A stretch of DNA of 64,000 bases, taken from assembly GCA_043800725.1 (NCBI GenBank), contig JAZDMR010000011.1, positions 21,369 to 85,368 on the forward strand, in the 5' to 3' direction. Under the pieces are notes generated by a model that did not search any database, was not told the origin of the DNA, and saw nothing but the letters and a program-made list of their open reading frames with translations. Source of the DNA: a bacterium (GTDB lineage Bacteria; Patescibacteriota; Patescibacteriia; HK-STAS-PATE-3). Shown in pieces: positions 29,295-40,332 of the stretch; the first letter of the stretch is position 1; the number at the start of each line of letters is the position of its first letter. The translations under genes were made by a program, and so were the position numbers.

Positions 29295-32200
29295 ATGCTT
29301 GTGAAACGATTTTATCTAGGAATTATTACGGGAATTTTATTAACCAGTGTTCTGACACTGGCTTTGGCGTATTTTGGGTCTCCTGCTCCGGTAGAAGCTC
29401 AAACCTCCTTTTCAATCGAGGATATTGGCGGTCAGGTGGGCCTAGGCACCGCTGATCTTAAGGGGGTGGTTATCAATGTCATCAAATGGGCGCTGGGCAT
29501 CATGGCTCTGGTCGCCGTGTCTTTTATCATTTACGGCGGCATAATCTGGATGACTTCGCACGGCAATAAGGATAAGATTGATAAAGCCAAGCAGATTATC
29601 ATCAGCGCCGTGATCGGACTGATCATCGTGCTGATTTCCTGGGCCATCGTTACCTACGTCATCAATACCTTTATTGACGTTACCGGCGAACCTGGGCCCG
29701 AATGTACTATTGAAGGAGAGAGCTGCGGCTGGTGTCTGGTCTGTAATGCTAGTTTAAATTGCGTTCCTGATTTAATTAGTCCTCAGTGTCAGCTGCCAGC
29801 CAATAGCTTCCGAGTGATTGATATTGAAACATCTCATGAGGCCGGTCTTGGCAATAACCAGGAAGTTAATCGCTGCAGCAAGGTCAAGCCGGAGTTTAAC
29901 CACCTTGTTGACGTTGTAACCTTTGATGCGGTCGTAGCTGACGGTTCGTTAAAAGTAGCTCGAGCTGATGATGACAATGCTATTGTTAACGGCACTTGGT
30001 CGAGAACAGACAAGGTTATCACCTTTGAGCACGAAGACGAGCTGTATGAAGAATTTACAGACTATAAAGCCCATATCCCCATAGATCTGAAAGATACCGG
30101 AGGCTTGGGATTAACCGGCTGTCAGGCAGATGGTGGCTGTACTCTCGTAGGAGATCATTATGAGTGGATTTTCACTACCAATGATCAGCTAGATGAGATT
30201 GCGCCGTTTGTTGAGCATGCTTATCCAGTGATCAGCACAGAGGTTGGCTATCCGGACACTGATGTGAATCGCGATCCGATCATCAGTATTTGGTTTAATG
30301 AGGGGATTGATGAGACGACCATGGCGGACGGCAATAACAACCCGATTCCGACAGTGTTTAAGATTGAGCCGCTTGACGGACCTGGCGGCGTTGCCGGTCC
30401 GATGATTGATCCTACTACTTTGATAGTCAGCAGCGGTTCTGGTAATCGGGTTGATATTTCAATGGATGGCGGAAATATTTTGGAATCGTTTACTCGGTAT
30501 CGAATCACCGTTCAGAATGTTGAAGACCTATGCGGCAACCTGTTATGGCCGCCCGAAGTTTGGGAATTTGAAACCAATGATACGGTGGCCGGTATTGCGG
30601 GCTGGGATCCGACCGGCGATCAGGTTTGCCCGGATACCAATGTCACGGTGGTCTTTACAACCTCAATGTGGAACAACCAAGTAGAAATCCAGATTGATAA
30701 TCCAGCTACTCCGGGCCTTGATATGCAAGCAGTTATGCCGCCACCGAGTGAATTTCCTGGCCCGCCTTATGAAGCGCCGGGAGTTGGCGGATTATTTGAA
30801 GTTATAGATCCTGGTGATCCAATAAATTCGCATTTCAAAGTGTATCGGTTTAACCCCACCGATGATCTGGCATCGAGCTTCGATTTCAATGTCACCATAT
30901 TGACCAACAAACAAATAAATCAGGACGGTGATCTGTTGACTGGTGGCTGGTCATTTGCCACCGCTACTCCGGAAACTTGCGTTTGTAAACCTTTTGTTAC
31001 GAGTATTTTTCCAGCAACCGGTTCACCTGGCCAGTGCGTGACTGTTCGCGGCAGCTGTTTTTTAGGCACCAATGACAACGCCGCTGTTCACTTGGACCCG
31101 GAATTCGATACTGATTTCACGGTTAATCCGCCCAACCCGGTTTCCGCGCCGACCTTAAACGACCCACAAGCAGATAATTTTATTGTCACCACTATTCCGG
31201 ACTCATTTGCTTTATATGATGAAGCTCATACACGGGTGACAACAGACTATGATGAAGACAGCTATGGTAATCAGGAATCCAATACTAATGTATCTTTTCG
31301 AATAACTGATCCAAATCCGGCCCAAGGCCCGTGTTTATTCGGCATATCGCCGGATGAAGGCTATCCTGATGTTACCGAGCCCACTGTCATGGGTATCCGG
31401 TTTAAAGAGCAAGGTGTTGGCAGCGCTGTTACTTATTTCAACAACCAAGAGGCGTCAATAGTGAGTTGGGATGATATTTCAAATCCAAACAAAGTAAAAA
31501 CCACAGTACCAACAAACGCTCTTACCGGAGGTGTTTACCTGACAGATAAAGACGGCAATGACTCAAATCCGGTTCCGTTTACGGTTCTTGAGTATCCGCC
31601 GGGTGAATTGTTCGTGACCAATCCCTGGCCCACCTGTACAGAGGCTTGTCCGAATTTGGTATTGCATAACAAATTTGCGCCGGACAACATTGACGTTAAT
31701 CCGACTACTATTTTACCCAACAACACCCTTGTTATGAAAAGATGCTCAGACCAGACCTGCACGGTATTTGATCCGGAGAATGTGGTTGTTGATAACGATA
31801 TCAGCTATGATTCTGACACTGACCGTTTGGAATTCCGCCCCAATGGAATACTTGATCCTGATCGCTGGTACGCGGCCATTTTAATTGGTGGAGATGGCGG
31901 CATTAAGGGGACAGAGGGCCAGATACTGGGTAATACCAATACCACGTATCTTACTTTTCCGGCCTATCAATGGAAGTTTAAAGTTAAAGATGATCCAACG
32001 CTTTGCCAGATTGACAGCGTTCAAGTCACTCCGGCCACTCGTTTTCTCGCTAATGAAGGCCAGACTGCTACATTTCATTCGGCTGCTTATGGTTCCCCGG
32101 ATTCATGCGATCCGGGCGGGCAGCAAATAGACGGCCGGCCCTGGGAGTGGACCATTACTCCGGCGGATGCGAACTTTAGTGATGATTCGGATACAGATGA

Positions 32201-34928
32201 TAATAATGCCGTCGTGACAGCTCTTCAGGAAACATTGAATCCGCCCCCACCGAACTGGGCCGATGTCAGAGCCGAACCGACCGATTCCAATGGCAACTTT
32301 GATACCGGCCAGTTAACTATTGATTATCTGTACTGCGATGAAACAACCGACTGCACCCAAGACGGCCTATGCGCTGGCAGTACCTGTAATAATGAAGCCC
32401 ATCGCTGCACCCCGGTAATTACCGAGTATACGCCGGCCGGAGGCGATATCGGCACTTGGCTGACTATTAAGGGCTGCTATTTCGGCAGTTACAAGAGAGG
32501 TGTTTGTAATGGTGGTAGCAATCACGGTGCATTATGCGATAGCCGGTGGCAGGATTGTCCAGGAGGGACCTGTGAAGGTGGTAGCCAAGTAATTTACTCG
32601 ACCGACAAGCAGGGTAACTGGGCTGATGATTCGATTTGTCCCAATCCCAGTCGCCTTTGGAGCAACTATGCCATTGTGGCTAATGAATTGCCCAATCGTT
32701 TGACGCCGGGAGACGGCAGCGACGATGCCGTAGACGGACCGATTTCAATAGTCCGGGGGATTGACGGTGAGATTGAGAGCACTAATGATGTATTTCCAGG
32801 CGAATTAATATTGGATGATTTTGACGTAAATGATGATGAAACTCCGGGCATTTGCGCCATAGTGCCTGATGAGGGCCGTGAAGGAGAAAATGTGGACGTA
32901 ATTGGACAGTATTTTGAAGATACTCAAGGAACAAACGACTCAGTTACTTTTGACGGGATTATCAGCGCAATTGAAAACTGGGCTGATAGCCTGATTGACG
33001 TATATGTTCCCTTGGGCGTTCCCTTCGGTTTAATTGATACTGTGGCCCATAAGGACGCAATTGACAGTAATGCTTATCCCTTCGAAGTGACGGTACCCTC
33101 TTGCTTGGTATGTATAAATGACGCTGATTGCAATGTGGGTTTTGGCTGCACTAATAACGGCTGCTGTGAGTCCTCGCCAAATGTAGTTGACACTATTCCG
33201 ATAAATGATGCCGCAGATGTGTGTCTAAATACTTTGGTTGGTGTCAATTTTGACAAGAATATGGACACCAGTACCATGAATGAAAATACCGTTGTAATGA
33301 CCTTGGCTGATGCAACTCTGGGAGATGGGGAGGTTTGCGGCAATAACAACGAATGCTACTCTGGCGTATGCCAGGCAGGTGCTTGCGTAGATGATTCAGT
33401 GAGTCTGACTTTTACCGAGAGATCAGGCCAGAGGTTAAGATTTTCTCCCGGGCTGCTGCTGCGCAATACTAAGTATCGAGTATTATTGACCGGACTTGAG
33501 AGTAGTCAAGGCGTGCGCATGCTTGATTACCTCTGGTTCTTCACCACGGTCGATAGTGATTCTGTCTGTGCTATTGATCGGATAGATGTTACCCCAAGTC
33601 TCTGGACCCCAGATATGGTAGGACAGACCCAAATCTTCACAGCCACCCCCGAGAGCGATTCCGGTCCGATCGGTGAAATCCCGGGTGTTTATGAGTGGGA
33701 TTGGAGCTGGAGCTCTTCAAATGATCTGGTGGCTACTTTGGGCGGTATTCAGGATAATGGCGATACCTCTGAAGCAACCGCAACCACCCAAAACGAAAAC
33801 GGCCAGTCAACTGTCACAGCCACAGCTTCGATATTTGAAAGCGGTTTGTCCACGGGCAGCAAGTCAGGCACAGCCCTGATTGACTATCTCAAGTGTGATA
33901 ATCCTTGGAGTTTTGATGATGCATCTTTGAATTGCGATCTGCCCGGCGAGGGTTGCGCAGATTATAATTTTCATATTGGCTATTGCCGCGATGGCAGCAA
34001 TTTATTGCCCGATTATAATTTACAGGTTGTCAAAGGCAAGACTGGAGATGTTCTCAAGCAGTACTTATTCAAAGAAAACGACCCTGACCAGGTTGATGCC
34101 ATTGGTTTGAGGATCTATAACAATACCGAGGGCTCATCTCCTGAGCAGTGGTTTATTAAGCAGTTTCCATATGAGTCAACCACGCCTTCGGGCTTGATTG
34201 TCGATGGGTATCAGGCAGTACGCAGCGGACGAACAGTCTATATGGCTGCTACGAATTTTGACGACGGAGCCAACACCTTGATACCTCATATGTATATATT
34301 TTCTTACAATGACGGAGCTTCTTCGGGCACTTTAAATATTTTCCAGCAGATGCTTGGCCGATTAAAGGTAAATACCAACCGTAATCCGGTGGAAAAAGAG
34401 GAGATTACCAGAGATACCAAACGGCTAGCGGATTTGCAAGACGTAAGTATGTCCCTGGAAGCCTACGGCAATACTAATGATCATTATCCTTCGATGGAAG
34501 CCGGCACCTACCTGATATCTATGAGCACTTCCAAGTGGCCTTCCTGGCAAAGTGCCTTAGGTAATGCCCTGGGCAAGACTTTGGATGTTGATCCGCTCAA
34601 TACCCTTAATACAGATTTTTGTCCCAACCCCCTTTATGATACGGACACCTGCTGGTCAGAGCCGACCAAAACCTTTATGTGCGTACCTGACTCATTTATT
34701 TATGCTTACAAAGCCATCCGGCATTGTCAGGGAGGAGGCGAAATTTGCATTTCAGACTCTGATTGCTCGGGAGTTTCTTGCGAGGAAGCTGATTCTTACT
34801 CAGTCTTTTCTCATATGGAGTATGGCGGAATTGGTAGTTGGATAATGGGCGGAATAGGCGACCCTTGCAGTTTTGACGTGGGTCAAGGCAACTCAGTATG
34901 TAATTGCTTTAATTACCAAAGACCCTAA
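29295..34928 (+). CDS. Giant (1877 aa) surface protein: VirB2/TrbC-like pilin, Ig-like and IPT/TIG repeats, Cys-rich modules, C-terminal pseudopilin-like helix
   Basis: Pilin-like 'IIYGGIIWMTSHGNKDKIDKAKQIIISAVIGLII'; Ig-like W-x-F-x-T ends; TIG-type 'GTWLTIKGCYFG'; 'RDTKRLADLQDVSMSLEAY'. Confidence 0.8.
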   Translation: MLVKRFYLGIITGILLTSVLTLALAYFGSPAPVEAQTSFSIEDIGGQVGLGTADLKGVVINVIKWALGIMALVAVSFIIYGGIIWMTSHGNKDKIDKAKQIIISAVIGLIIVLISWAIVTYVINTFIDVTGEPGPECTIEGESCGWCLVCNASLNCVPDLISPQCQLPANSFRVIDIETSHEAGLGNNQEVNRCSKVKPEFNHLVDVVTFDAVVADGSLKVARADDDNAIVNGTWSRTDKVITFEHEDELYEEFTDYKAHIPIDLKDTGGLGLTGCQADGGCTLVGDHYEWIFTTNDQLDEIAPFVEHAYPVISTEVGYPDTDVNRDPIISIWFNEGIDETTMADGNNNPIPTVFKIEPLDGPGGVAGPMIDPTTLIVSSGSGNRVDISMDGGNILESFTRYRITVQNVEDLCGNLLWPPEVWEFETNDTVAGIAGWDPTGDQVCPDTNVTVVFTTSMWNNQVEIQIDNPATPGLDMQAVMPPPSEFPGPPYEAPGVGGLFEVIDPGDPINSHFKVYRFNPTDDLASSFDFNVTILTNKQINQDGDLLTGGWSFATATPETCVCKPFVTSIFPATGSPGQCVTVRGSCFLGTNDNAAVHLDPEFDTDFTVNPPNPVSAPTLNDPQADNFIVTTIPDSFALYDEAHTRVTTDYDEDSYGNQESNTNVSFRITDPNPAQGPCLFGISPDEGYPDVTEPTVMGIRFKEQGVGSAVTYFNNQEASIVSWDDISNPNKVKTTVPTNALTGGVYLTDKDGNDSNPVPFTVLEYPPGELFVTNPWPTCTEACPNLVLHNKFAPDNIDVNPTTILPNNTLVMKRCSDQTCTVFDPENVVVDNDISYDSDTDRLEFRPNGILDPDRWYAAILIGGDGGIKGTEGQILGNTNTTYLTFPAYQWKFKVKDDPTLCQIDSVQVTPATRFLANEGQTATFHSAAYGSPDSCDPGGQQIDGRPWEWTITPADANFSDDSDTDDNNAVVTALQETLNPPPPNWADVRAEPTDSNGNFDTGQLTIDYLYCDETTDCTQDGLCAGSTCNNEAHRCTPVITEYTPAGGDIGTWLTIKGCYFGSYKRGVCNGGSNHGALCDSRWQDCPGGTCEGGSQVIYSTDKQGNWADDSICPNPSRLWSNYAIVANELPNRLTPGDGSDDAVDGPISIVRGIDGEIESTNDVFPGELILDDFDVNDDETPGICAIVPDEGREGENVDVIGQYFEDTQGTNDSVTFDGIISAIENWADSLIDVYVPLGVPFGLIDTVAHKDAIDSNAYPFEVTVPSCLVCINDADCNVGFGCTNNGCCESSPNVVDTIPINDAADVCLNTLVGVNFDKNMDTSTMNENTVVMTLADATLGDGEVCGNNNECYSGVCQAGACVDDSVSLTFTERSGQRLRFSPGLLLRNTKYRVLLTGLESSQGVRMLDYLWFFTTVDSDSVCAIDRIDVTPSLWTPDMVGQTQIFTATPESDSGPIGEIPGVYEWDWSWSSSNDLVATLGGIQDNGDTSEATATTQNENGQSTVTATASIFESGLSTGSKSGTALIDYLKCDNPWSFDDASLNCDLPGEGCADYNFHIGYCRDGSNLLPDYNLQVVKGKTGDVLKQYLFKENDPDQVDAIGLRIYNNTEGSSPEQWFIKQFPYESTTPSGLIVDGYQAVRSGRTVYMAATNFDDGANTLIPHMYIFSYNDGASSGTLNIFQQMLGRLKVNTNRNPVEKEEITRDTKRLADLQDVSMSLEAYGNTNDHYPSMEAGTYLISMSTSKWPSWQSALGNALGKTLDVDPLNTLNTDFCPNPLYDTDTCWSEPTKTFMCVPDSFIYAYKAIRHCQGGGEICISDSDCSGVSCEEADSYSVFSHMEYGGIGSWIMGGIGDPCSFDVGQGNSVCNCFNYQRP

Positions 34929-34942
34929 AGGAGAATACAAAT

Positions 34943-35425
34943 ATGGCCGATCCCTTACCTGAACAAAATTATAGTTCAACCCCAAATCCTTCAACGTTGT
35001 CAAAGTTGTCTAGAATTCGTATAATCCTTATGAGCGTTGCAGCGGTTGTCGTGGTGCTAGTAGTAATTAGATATTGGCCATTTGGCGATAATGCGGACAA
35101 TAATGTAAATCAGACGAATCAGACAGCCATAAGTCCGAATTTATCGCTAAAAATCTCTGATCAAGTAGCAGGAGAAACCAATGATCAGGACGGTGACGGA
35201 CTGACAGACGAAGAAGAACAGGCCCTAGGCACGGATATTACCAAAGTTGATAGCGACGATGATCTCTTGTTCGACAGTGAGGAATTGAACATCTATCAGA
35301 CAGACCCCTTAAATCCGGACACTGATTCAGATGGTTTGACAGATGGAGAGGAAGTAAAAAAAAGGCTTAACCCCAAAGGACCAGGACCCTTAGTTGATCT
35401 AAGTCAAGCAATCTCAGATAGTTAA
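34943..35425 (+). CDS. Membrane-anchored protein with bacterial TSP3 Ca-binding repeats
   Basis: TM helix; DQDGDGLTD, DSDDD, DTDSDGLTDG. Confidence 0.8.
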   Translation: MADPLPEQNYSSTPNPSTLSKLSRIRIILMSVAAVVVVLVVIRYWPFGDNADNNVNQTNQTAISPNLSLKISDQVAGETNDQDGDGLTDEEEQALGTDITKVDSDDDLLFDSEELNIYQTDPLNPDTDSDGLTDGEEVKKRLNPKGPGPLVDLSQAISDS

Positions 35426-35443
35426 TTTCTACTCTTAATAAGT

Positions 35444-36601
35444 ATGTTTGGACAAAAATCTAAAAATAAACAGGATCAAAAATCCTCATCCCAGCAATCC
35501 AGCCCAGAATCCATTCCTGTGCCGGTCAAATTCGAAGATATTCACACTATGCCTGAGAAATTTTTGAGCCAGGAAGCCAAACACGACCAGTCTGGCAAGA
35601 AACGCAGTTCAATCCTTTTAATCGTGATTATTATTACCTTGCTCATAGGCGGCGGATCAGCTGCAGCGGTATATTTTTTACTCCAGACAGACGATACAAA
35701 TGTAAATAATGAAGATAATATCACAAATTTCCAACTAAACGTAAATCTGGATATCAATACCAACGCGAATTTGAATACTAATCTGAATTCTAATAGTAAT
35801 TCAAGCAATGGTAATCTTAATCAAAACACCAACACCGGCAGCAATACTAATATTCCCACCAATCTTAATATCACTGGTAATACCAATACCGGAACCAATT
35901 TAAACCTTAATATTAATTCCAATACTAATACTTCTACCAACACAAACACGAGCACCACGCGAACAGACCCCCTGCCCATGGCCACCGACTCTGACGGAGA
36001 CGGTTTAACTGATCTGGAAGAGACTTTATACGGCACTAATGAGTTTCAGCCGGATTCTGACGGTGACAGCTTTATTGATGGAAAAAGCGTCAATACCAAT
36101 GGTCAGATAATCGGCGAGGTATACATGGGCTATAATCCAAATGGCATTGGCCGGCTGGATACTTCGGGTCTGGTAAGGTCATATGATAATTCGAATTTTT
36201 CATACTCCGTGCTTTATCCTTCCCGCTGGCTAGCCCAAGCAGCGACTACTGACGGCCGGATTGTGTTGTTTACCCCAAGCAATCCCACTGGCGAGTTTAT
36301 CCAGCTGATAGTGGAAGATAATCCCACCCGCCTTTCCGCCAGAAGCTATTATCTCAGCCTGAATCCGGGAGTAGAAGCAGCCGCCCTGGAAAATATTGTC
36401 GTCAATGGCCTAGAGGGGGTAGTCAGTCCCGAGGATGAATATGTATATTTTTCGAAAAATGATAAATTATACATTATCCATTATGCAGTTGGCCAAATCA
36501 GCGCGGTAAATTTCAGAACAACGTTTGAAATGATGTATCAGAATTTTCGGCTGACCAGTTTGACCAATACCAACACCAATCAAACCAATAGTAATCAGTA
36601 G
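35444..36601 (+). CDS. Membrane-anchored protein: Asn/Thr-rich linker, TSP3 repeats, PsbP-like C-terminal domain
   Basis: TM; N/T low-complexity tract; DSDGDGLTD; FSYSVLYPSRW. Confidence 0.75.
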   Translation: MFGQKSKNKQDQKSSSQQSSPESIPVPVKFEDIHTMPEKFLSQEAKHDQSGKKRSSILLIVIIITLLIGGGSAAAVYFLLQTDDTNVNNEDNITNFQLNVNLDINTNANLNTNLNSNSNSSNGNLNQNTNTGSNTNIPTNLNITGNTNTGTNLNLNINSNTNTSTNTNTSTTRTDPLPMATDSDGDGLTDLEETLYGTNEFQPDSDGDSFIDGKSVNTNGQIIGEVYMGYNPNGIGRLDTSGLVRSYDNSNFSYSVLYPSRWLAQAATTDGRIVLFTPSNPTGEFIQLIVEDNPTRLSARSYYLSLNPGVEAAALENIVVNGLEGVVSPEDEYVYFSKNDKLYIIHYAVGQISAVNFRTTFEMMYQNFRLTSLTNTNTNQTNSNQ

Positions 36602-36617
36602 TTTAGCATTCAAGGGC

Positions 36618-37088
36618 ATGCGCCTTACCCTGGCCAATACCACATCATCGCACCTTCCCAAAACATTGGTAACTCGTGCTCTTCAGACAGCAGCCAGAAT
36701 AACCAGTAGCCGGAAACAGGTTTATGAGATAACAGTCAGTTTTGTCGGCGATCAACAGATCAAAAAAATAAACCGGCGCTATCGCAAGGCAGATCGAGTA
36801 ACAGACATTCTCTCGTTTACCTATCAGAGAGCAGAATCAAAAATTAATTATCGTAAGAATGCACCAAATTCACTCAAAGGTCCATATGGAGAATTGGTTC
36901 TGGCTCTTGATCAGATTACCCGTCAGGCGAAGCTGCACAATAAGACGATTAAAGCTGAACTGAGAGATGTATTGATTCATGGCTATCTGCATTTATTAGG
37001 ACACGATCATCACAAGGTAAGAGAGCGGAGAATAATGAGACAATGGGAGGACAGAATTAAAAGGGATTTTCAGCGAAAATTTTTTTAA
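36618..37088 (+). CDS. ybeY: rRNA maturation endoribonuclease YbeY
   Basis: TDILSF, IHGYLHLLGHDH. Confidence 0.95.
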   Translation: MRLTLANTTSSHLPKTLVTRALQTAARITSSRKQVYEITVSFVGDQQIKKINRRYRKADRVTDILSFTYQRAESKINYRKNAPNSLKGPYGELVLALDQITRQAKLHNKTIKAELRDVLIHGYLHLLGHDHHKVRERRIMRQWEDRIKRDFQRKFF

Positions 37089-37093
37089 AGAGT

Positions 37094-37474
37094 ATGGGTT
37101 TTTTCAACATCCGCATATTAGCTAAAAGTTTCCGGTTTGCTTGGCGAGGCCTATCGACTGCTTTTAAAAACGAACAAAACTTCAGAGTCCAGTTAATTGC
37201 CGCAATAATTATCCTGGCGCTGATAGTCATTCTCCCCCTAGCCACCTGGGAGATAGTCGCCCTAATAATGATTACCACCTTGGTGCTGATTCTGGAGCTG
37301 ATCAATAGTATTTTTGAAAAACTAGCTGATATCCTAGAGCCGCGGATTCATTCATACGTCAGGGTGATAAAAGATTTAATGGCAGCTACGGTACTGATTG
37401 CTTCGATCGTATCGGTGATTATCGGACTGATTATCTTATTACCTCACTTCTATATTTTAAATATTTTTAAATAA
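37094..37474 (+). CDS. dgkA: Diacylglycerol/undecaprenol kinase
   Basis: EQNFRVQ, ELINSIFE, KDLMAA; ybeY-dgkA synteny. Confidence 0.92.
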   Translation: MGFFNIRILAKSFRFAWRGLSTAFKNEQNFRVQLIAAIIILALIVILPLATWEIVALIMITTLVLILELINSIFEKLADILEPRIHSYVRVIKDLMAATVLIASIVSVIIGLIILLPHFYILNIFK

Positions 37475-37492
37475 TTCAACCGAGATTGTCGT

Positions 37493-38734
37493 ATGGCAAA
37501 AGATGAAATAATTTCAGGCTTAGACATTGGATCAGATATGATCCGGGTCGTAGTCGGACAAAAAAACCCAAATGATAATTCGCTCCAGGTTTTGGGAGCA
37601 GCTGAAAGCCCGTCTGAGGGAATAAGCAAGGGATCCGTAACGAGTATTGAAGATGCGGTATCTTCAATTTCTACCGCGCTTGAGCGGGCTGAGAGAATGT
37701 CAGGCCTGCCGATTGAATCTGCTTTTGTCGGCATGACCGGTACTCATATTACATCTCAGGATAGCCACGGAGTAATAGCGGTGGCCAAAGCGGATGGCGA
37801 AATCAAGGAAGACGATATTGAGAGAGTGATTGAAGCAGCTCAAGCCGTAGCAACGCCGCCGAATTTTGAGACCTTACACGTAATTCCCAGAATTTTCACG
37901 GTTGATAATCAGGAAGGCATCAAAGATCCGGTGGGGATGACCGGTATGCGTTTGGAGGTAGATGTTCAAATCATTCAGGGATTGTCTTCCCAAATAAAGA
38001 ATCTGACCAAGAGCATTTATCGTACCGGAATTCAGATTGATGATTTAGTTCTGGGCATTTTAGCTTGTGCTGAAGCGACTGTTACCAAGCGCCAAAGAGA
38101 GCTGGGCGTAGCGTTGGTTAATATCGGCGCCAGCACAACCTCGATTGTAGTTTTTGAGGAAGGCGATGTATTGCATACCAAGATATTGCCTATCGGCGCC
38201 AATCACGTAACCAGCGATATAGCAATCGGCCTAAGAACCTCGATTGATATAGCCGAAAAGATTAAACTTGAATACGGCTCAGCCTTGCCCGCAGAGATAA
38301 ATAAAAGAGAAGAGATTGATTTATCTGAGTTTGAAGGCGGAGAGAACACCGCAGTATCGCGCAAGCACGTGGCTGAAATAATTGAAGCTCGCACGGAAGA
38401 GATGTTCTCTATGATTGATAAAGAATTTCAACAAGTTGACCGGTCCGGAAGATTGCCTGCCGGAGTTGTTCTTACCGGCGGAGGAGCTAAGCTTCAAGGT
38501 ATTATCGAAGTGGCGAAAAATGAATTTCGATTACCAGCCAGCATTGGAATACCATTAAATATTATTAGCGCCATCGATAAAATTCAGGAGCCGACTTTTA
38601 CCTCCGCGGTAGGCTTGTTAGCCTGGGGTGCTGGCCTGGATAATCAATCTTCAGGCTTATCTTTAAAGCGTTTAGGCTCAGTTCGAGACGTTTCGGGCAA
38701 GCTGAAAGAATGGTTTAAATCATTTATTCCCTAA
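37493..38734 (+). CDS. ftsA: Cell division protein FtsA
   Basis: GLDIGS, DPVGMTG, NIGASTT, VLTGGGA. Confidence 0.98.
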   Translation: MAKDEIISGLDIGSDMIRVVVGQKNPNDNSLQVLGAAESPSEGISKGSVTSIEDAVSSISTALERAERMSGLPIESAFVGMTGTHITSQDSHGVIAVAKADGEIKEDDIERVIEAAQAVATPPNFETLHVIPRIFTVDNQEGIKDPVGMTGMRLEVDVQIIQGLSSQIKNLTKSIYRTGIQIDDLVLGILACAEATVTKRQRELGVALVNIGASTTSIVVFEEGDVLHTKILPIGANHVTSDIAIGLRTSIDIAEKIKLEYGSALPAEINKREEIDLSEFEGGENTAVSRKHVAEIIEARTEEMFSMIDKEFQQVDRSGRLPAGVVLTGGGAKLQGIIEVAKNEFRLPASIGIPLNIISAIDKIQEPTFTSAVGLLAWGAGLDNQSSGLSLKRLGSVRDVSGKLKEWFKSFIP

Positions 38735-38822
38735 TATCTTAGTTCTTGATCATTCACGTTGACAAAGACGGTCTCGGACCGTTACACTAAGTAAGCGTGA
38801 AGGATTATCTACTTTAAGAAAC

Positions 38823-40022
38823 ATGTCAAAAAATCAACCAACAGAAGTTAAACCAGCCATAGAGACGTTTGCTAAAATTAAGGTGGTAGGCGTAGGTGGT
38901 TCTGGCGGAGCCGCGGTCAATCGAATGATTGATTCCCATATTCGCGGGATTGAATTCGTGGCGGTGAATACCGACGCCCAAGATTTGCATCATAATTCAG
39001 CCACTACCAAGATTCATATTGGCAAGACTACTACCCGAGGCTTGGGCGCGGGCATGGATCCAGACGTTGGCCGGAAAGCAGCAGAAGAAAACCAAGACGA
39101 AATCCACGATCTGCTCAAAGGTTCTGACATGGTTTTTATAACTTGCGGATTAGGCGGCGGCACAGGCACCGGGGCCGCCCCAGTGATTGCTGAGATTGCC
39201 AAGGACGTGGGCGCTTTAACAGTAGCCGTGGTGACCAAGCCTTTCAGTTTTGAAGGAGCGCAAAGACTGTCTATTGCTGAGGCCGGCCATGGTGAATTAT
39301 CTGAACGAGTTGATACGATTATTACAATTCCTAATGATCGACTGCTTCAGATAATTGATAAAAAAACTTCGCTTTTAGAATCATTTGCTATTGTTGATGA
39401 TGTGCTACGTCAGGGCGTTCAGGGCATTGCCGAGTTGATCACTGTGCCCGGTTTAATTAACGTAGACTTTGCTGATGTTAAAGCAATTATGGAAAACGCG
39501 GGTACGGCCCTAATGGGTATTGGCAGGGCTACCGGAGAAAATCGGGCTGTTGAGTCAGCCAAAGCAGCTATTGATTCGCCTTTGCTAGAATTGTCTATTG
39601 ATGGCGCACAGGGAATATTATTTACCGTGACTGGCGGCGATAAATTGTCTATGTTTGAGGTTAATGAAGCGGCAAAAATCATCACCAGCTCAGCAGATCC
39701 AAACGCAAAGGTTATTTTTGGTTCAGTTATTGATGAATCCTTAGGAGATGAGGTTAAAATTACGGTAATTGCTACTGGTTTTGGAAAGGGCAGCAACCGG
39801 CCAGTCATGAAAAAGATTGCTCATACCTCACCAATGGCTAAAAATGAAGATGAGCCAATGTCATCTTTTAGATCAGCGGCAACTCGCTCAATGGATGAAT
39901 CTCCAGATAAGCCAAAAAAGAAGATTGAATCCAATTTTACACCTCCACCAACTGTTGACGATAAGACTAAAGAAGAAGAGGAGCTTGAAATCCCGGCCTT
40001 CATCCGTAAGAAAATGCTCTAG
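38823..40022 (+). CDS. ftsZ: Cell division protein FtsZ
   Basis: GGGTGTG tubulin signature, NVDFAD, C-terminal LEIPAFIRK. Confidence 0.99.
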   Translation: MSKNQPTEVKPAIETFAKIKVVGVGGSGGAAVNRMIDSHIRGIEFVAVNTDAQDLHHNSATTKIHIGKTTTRGLGAGMDPDVGRKAAEENQDEIHDLLKGSDMVFITCGLGGGTGTGAAPVIAEIAKDVGALTVAVVTKPFSFEGAQRLSIAEAGHGELSERVDTIITIPNDRLLQIIDKKTSLLESFAIVDDVLRQGVQGIAELITVPGLINVDFADVKAIMENAGTALMGIGRATGENRAVESAKAAIDSPLLELSIDGAQGILFTVTGGDKLSMFEVNEAAKIITSSADPNAKVIFGSVIDESLGDEVKITVIATGFGKGSNRPVMKKIAHTSPMAKNEDEPMSSFRSAATRSMDESPDKPKKKIESNFTPPPTVDDKTKEEEELEIPAFIRKKML

Positions 40023-40129
40023 CTGTTGGATTACAGGAAGTAAACAGGAGCGAAAGTTAAATATCTAAAATAAAACGACTCTTTAGCAGAAAAACACTTG
40101 ATTTTACGGTGGATATGCCTTTAGCTATC

Positions 40130-40184
40130 TTGACAGTCCCATATATTGTGGTAAGCTTATAGGTGAACACACTAGATATGGGGG
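40130..40184 (+). promoter_or_regulatory. nrdR-nrdJ promoter with two tandem NrdR boxes
   Basis: TTGACA 40130-35, TAAGCT 40152-57; boxes GTCCCATATATTGTGG (40136-51) and ACACTAGATATGGGGG (40169-84) resemble acaCwAtATaTwGtg, 33 bp apart. Confidence 0.8.
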
Positions 40185-40332
40185 TTAAGGGGTGAACAGG
40201 CTAGGCCGGAAGTAAGTGAAACAGGCCATTGCCTGTTTTCGAACCCAAAAATAAAGCAATTTTACTAAATATATTCTAAACTACCCTGCCTCCGAAAAGG
40301 CAGCGCAGGTGATATGTCTTAATTGACTAAAA

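Noticed and set aside
35690-35960. AAT/AAC-rich tract as a DNA repeat or phase-variation locus
   Set aside because: It is the imperfect coding sequence of an Asn/Thr linker with no perfect tandem unit.
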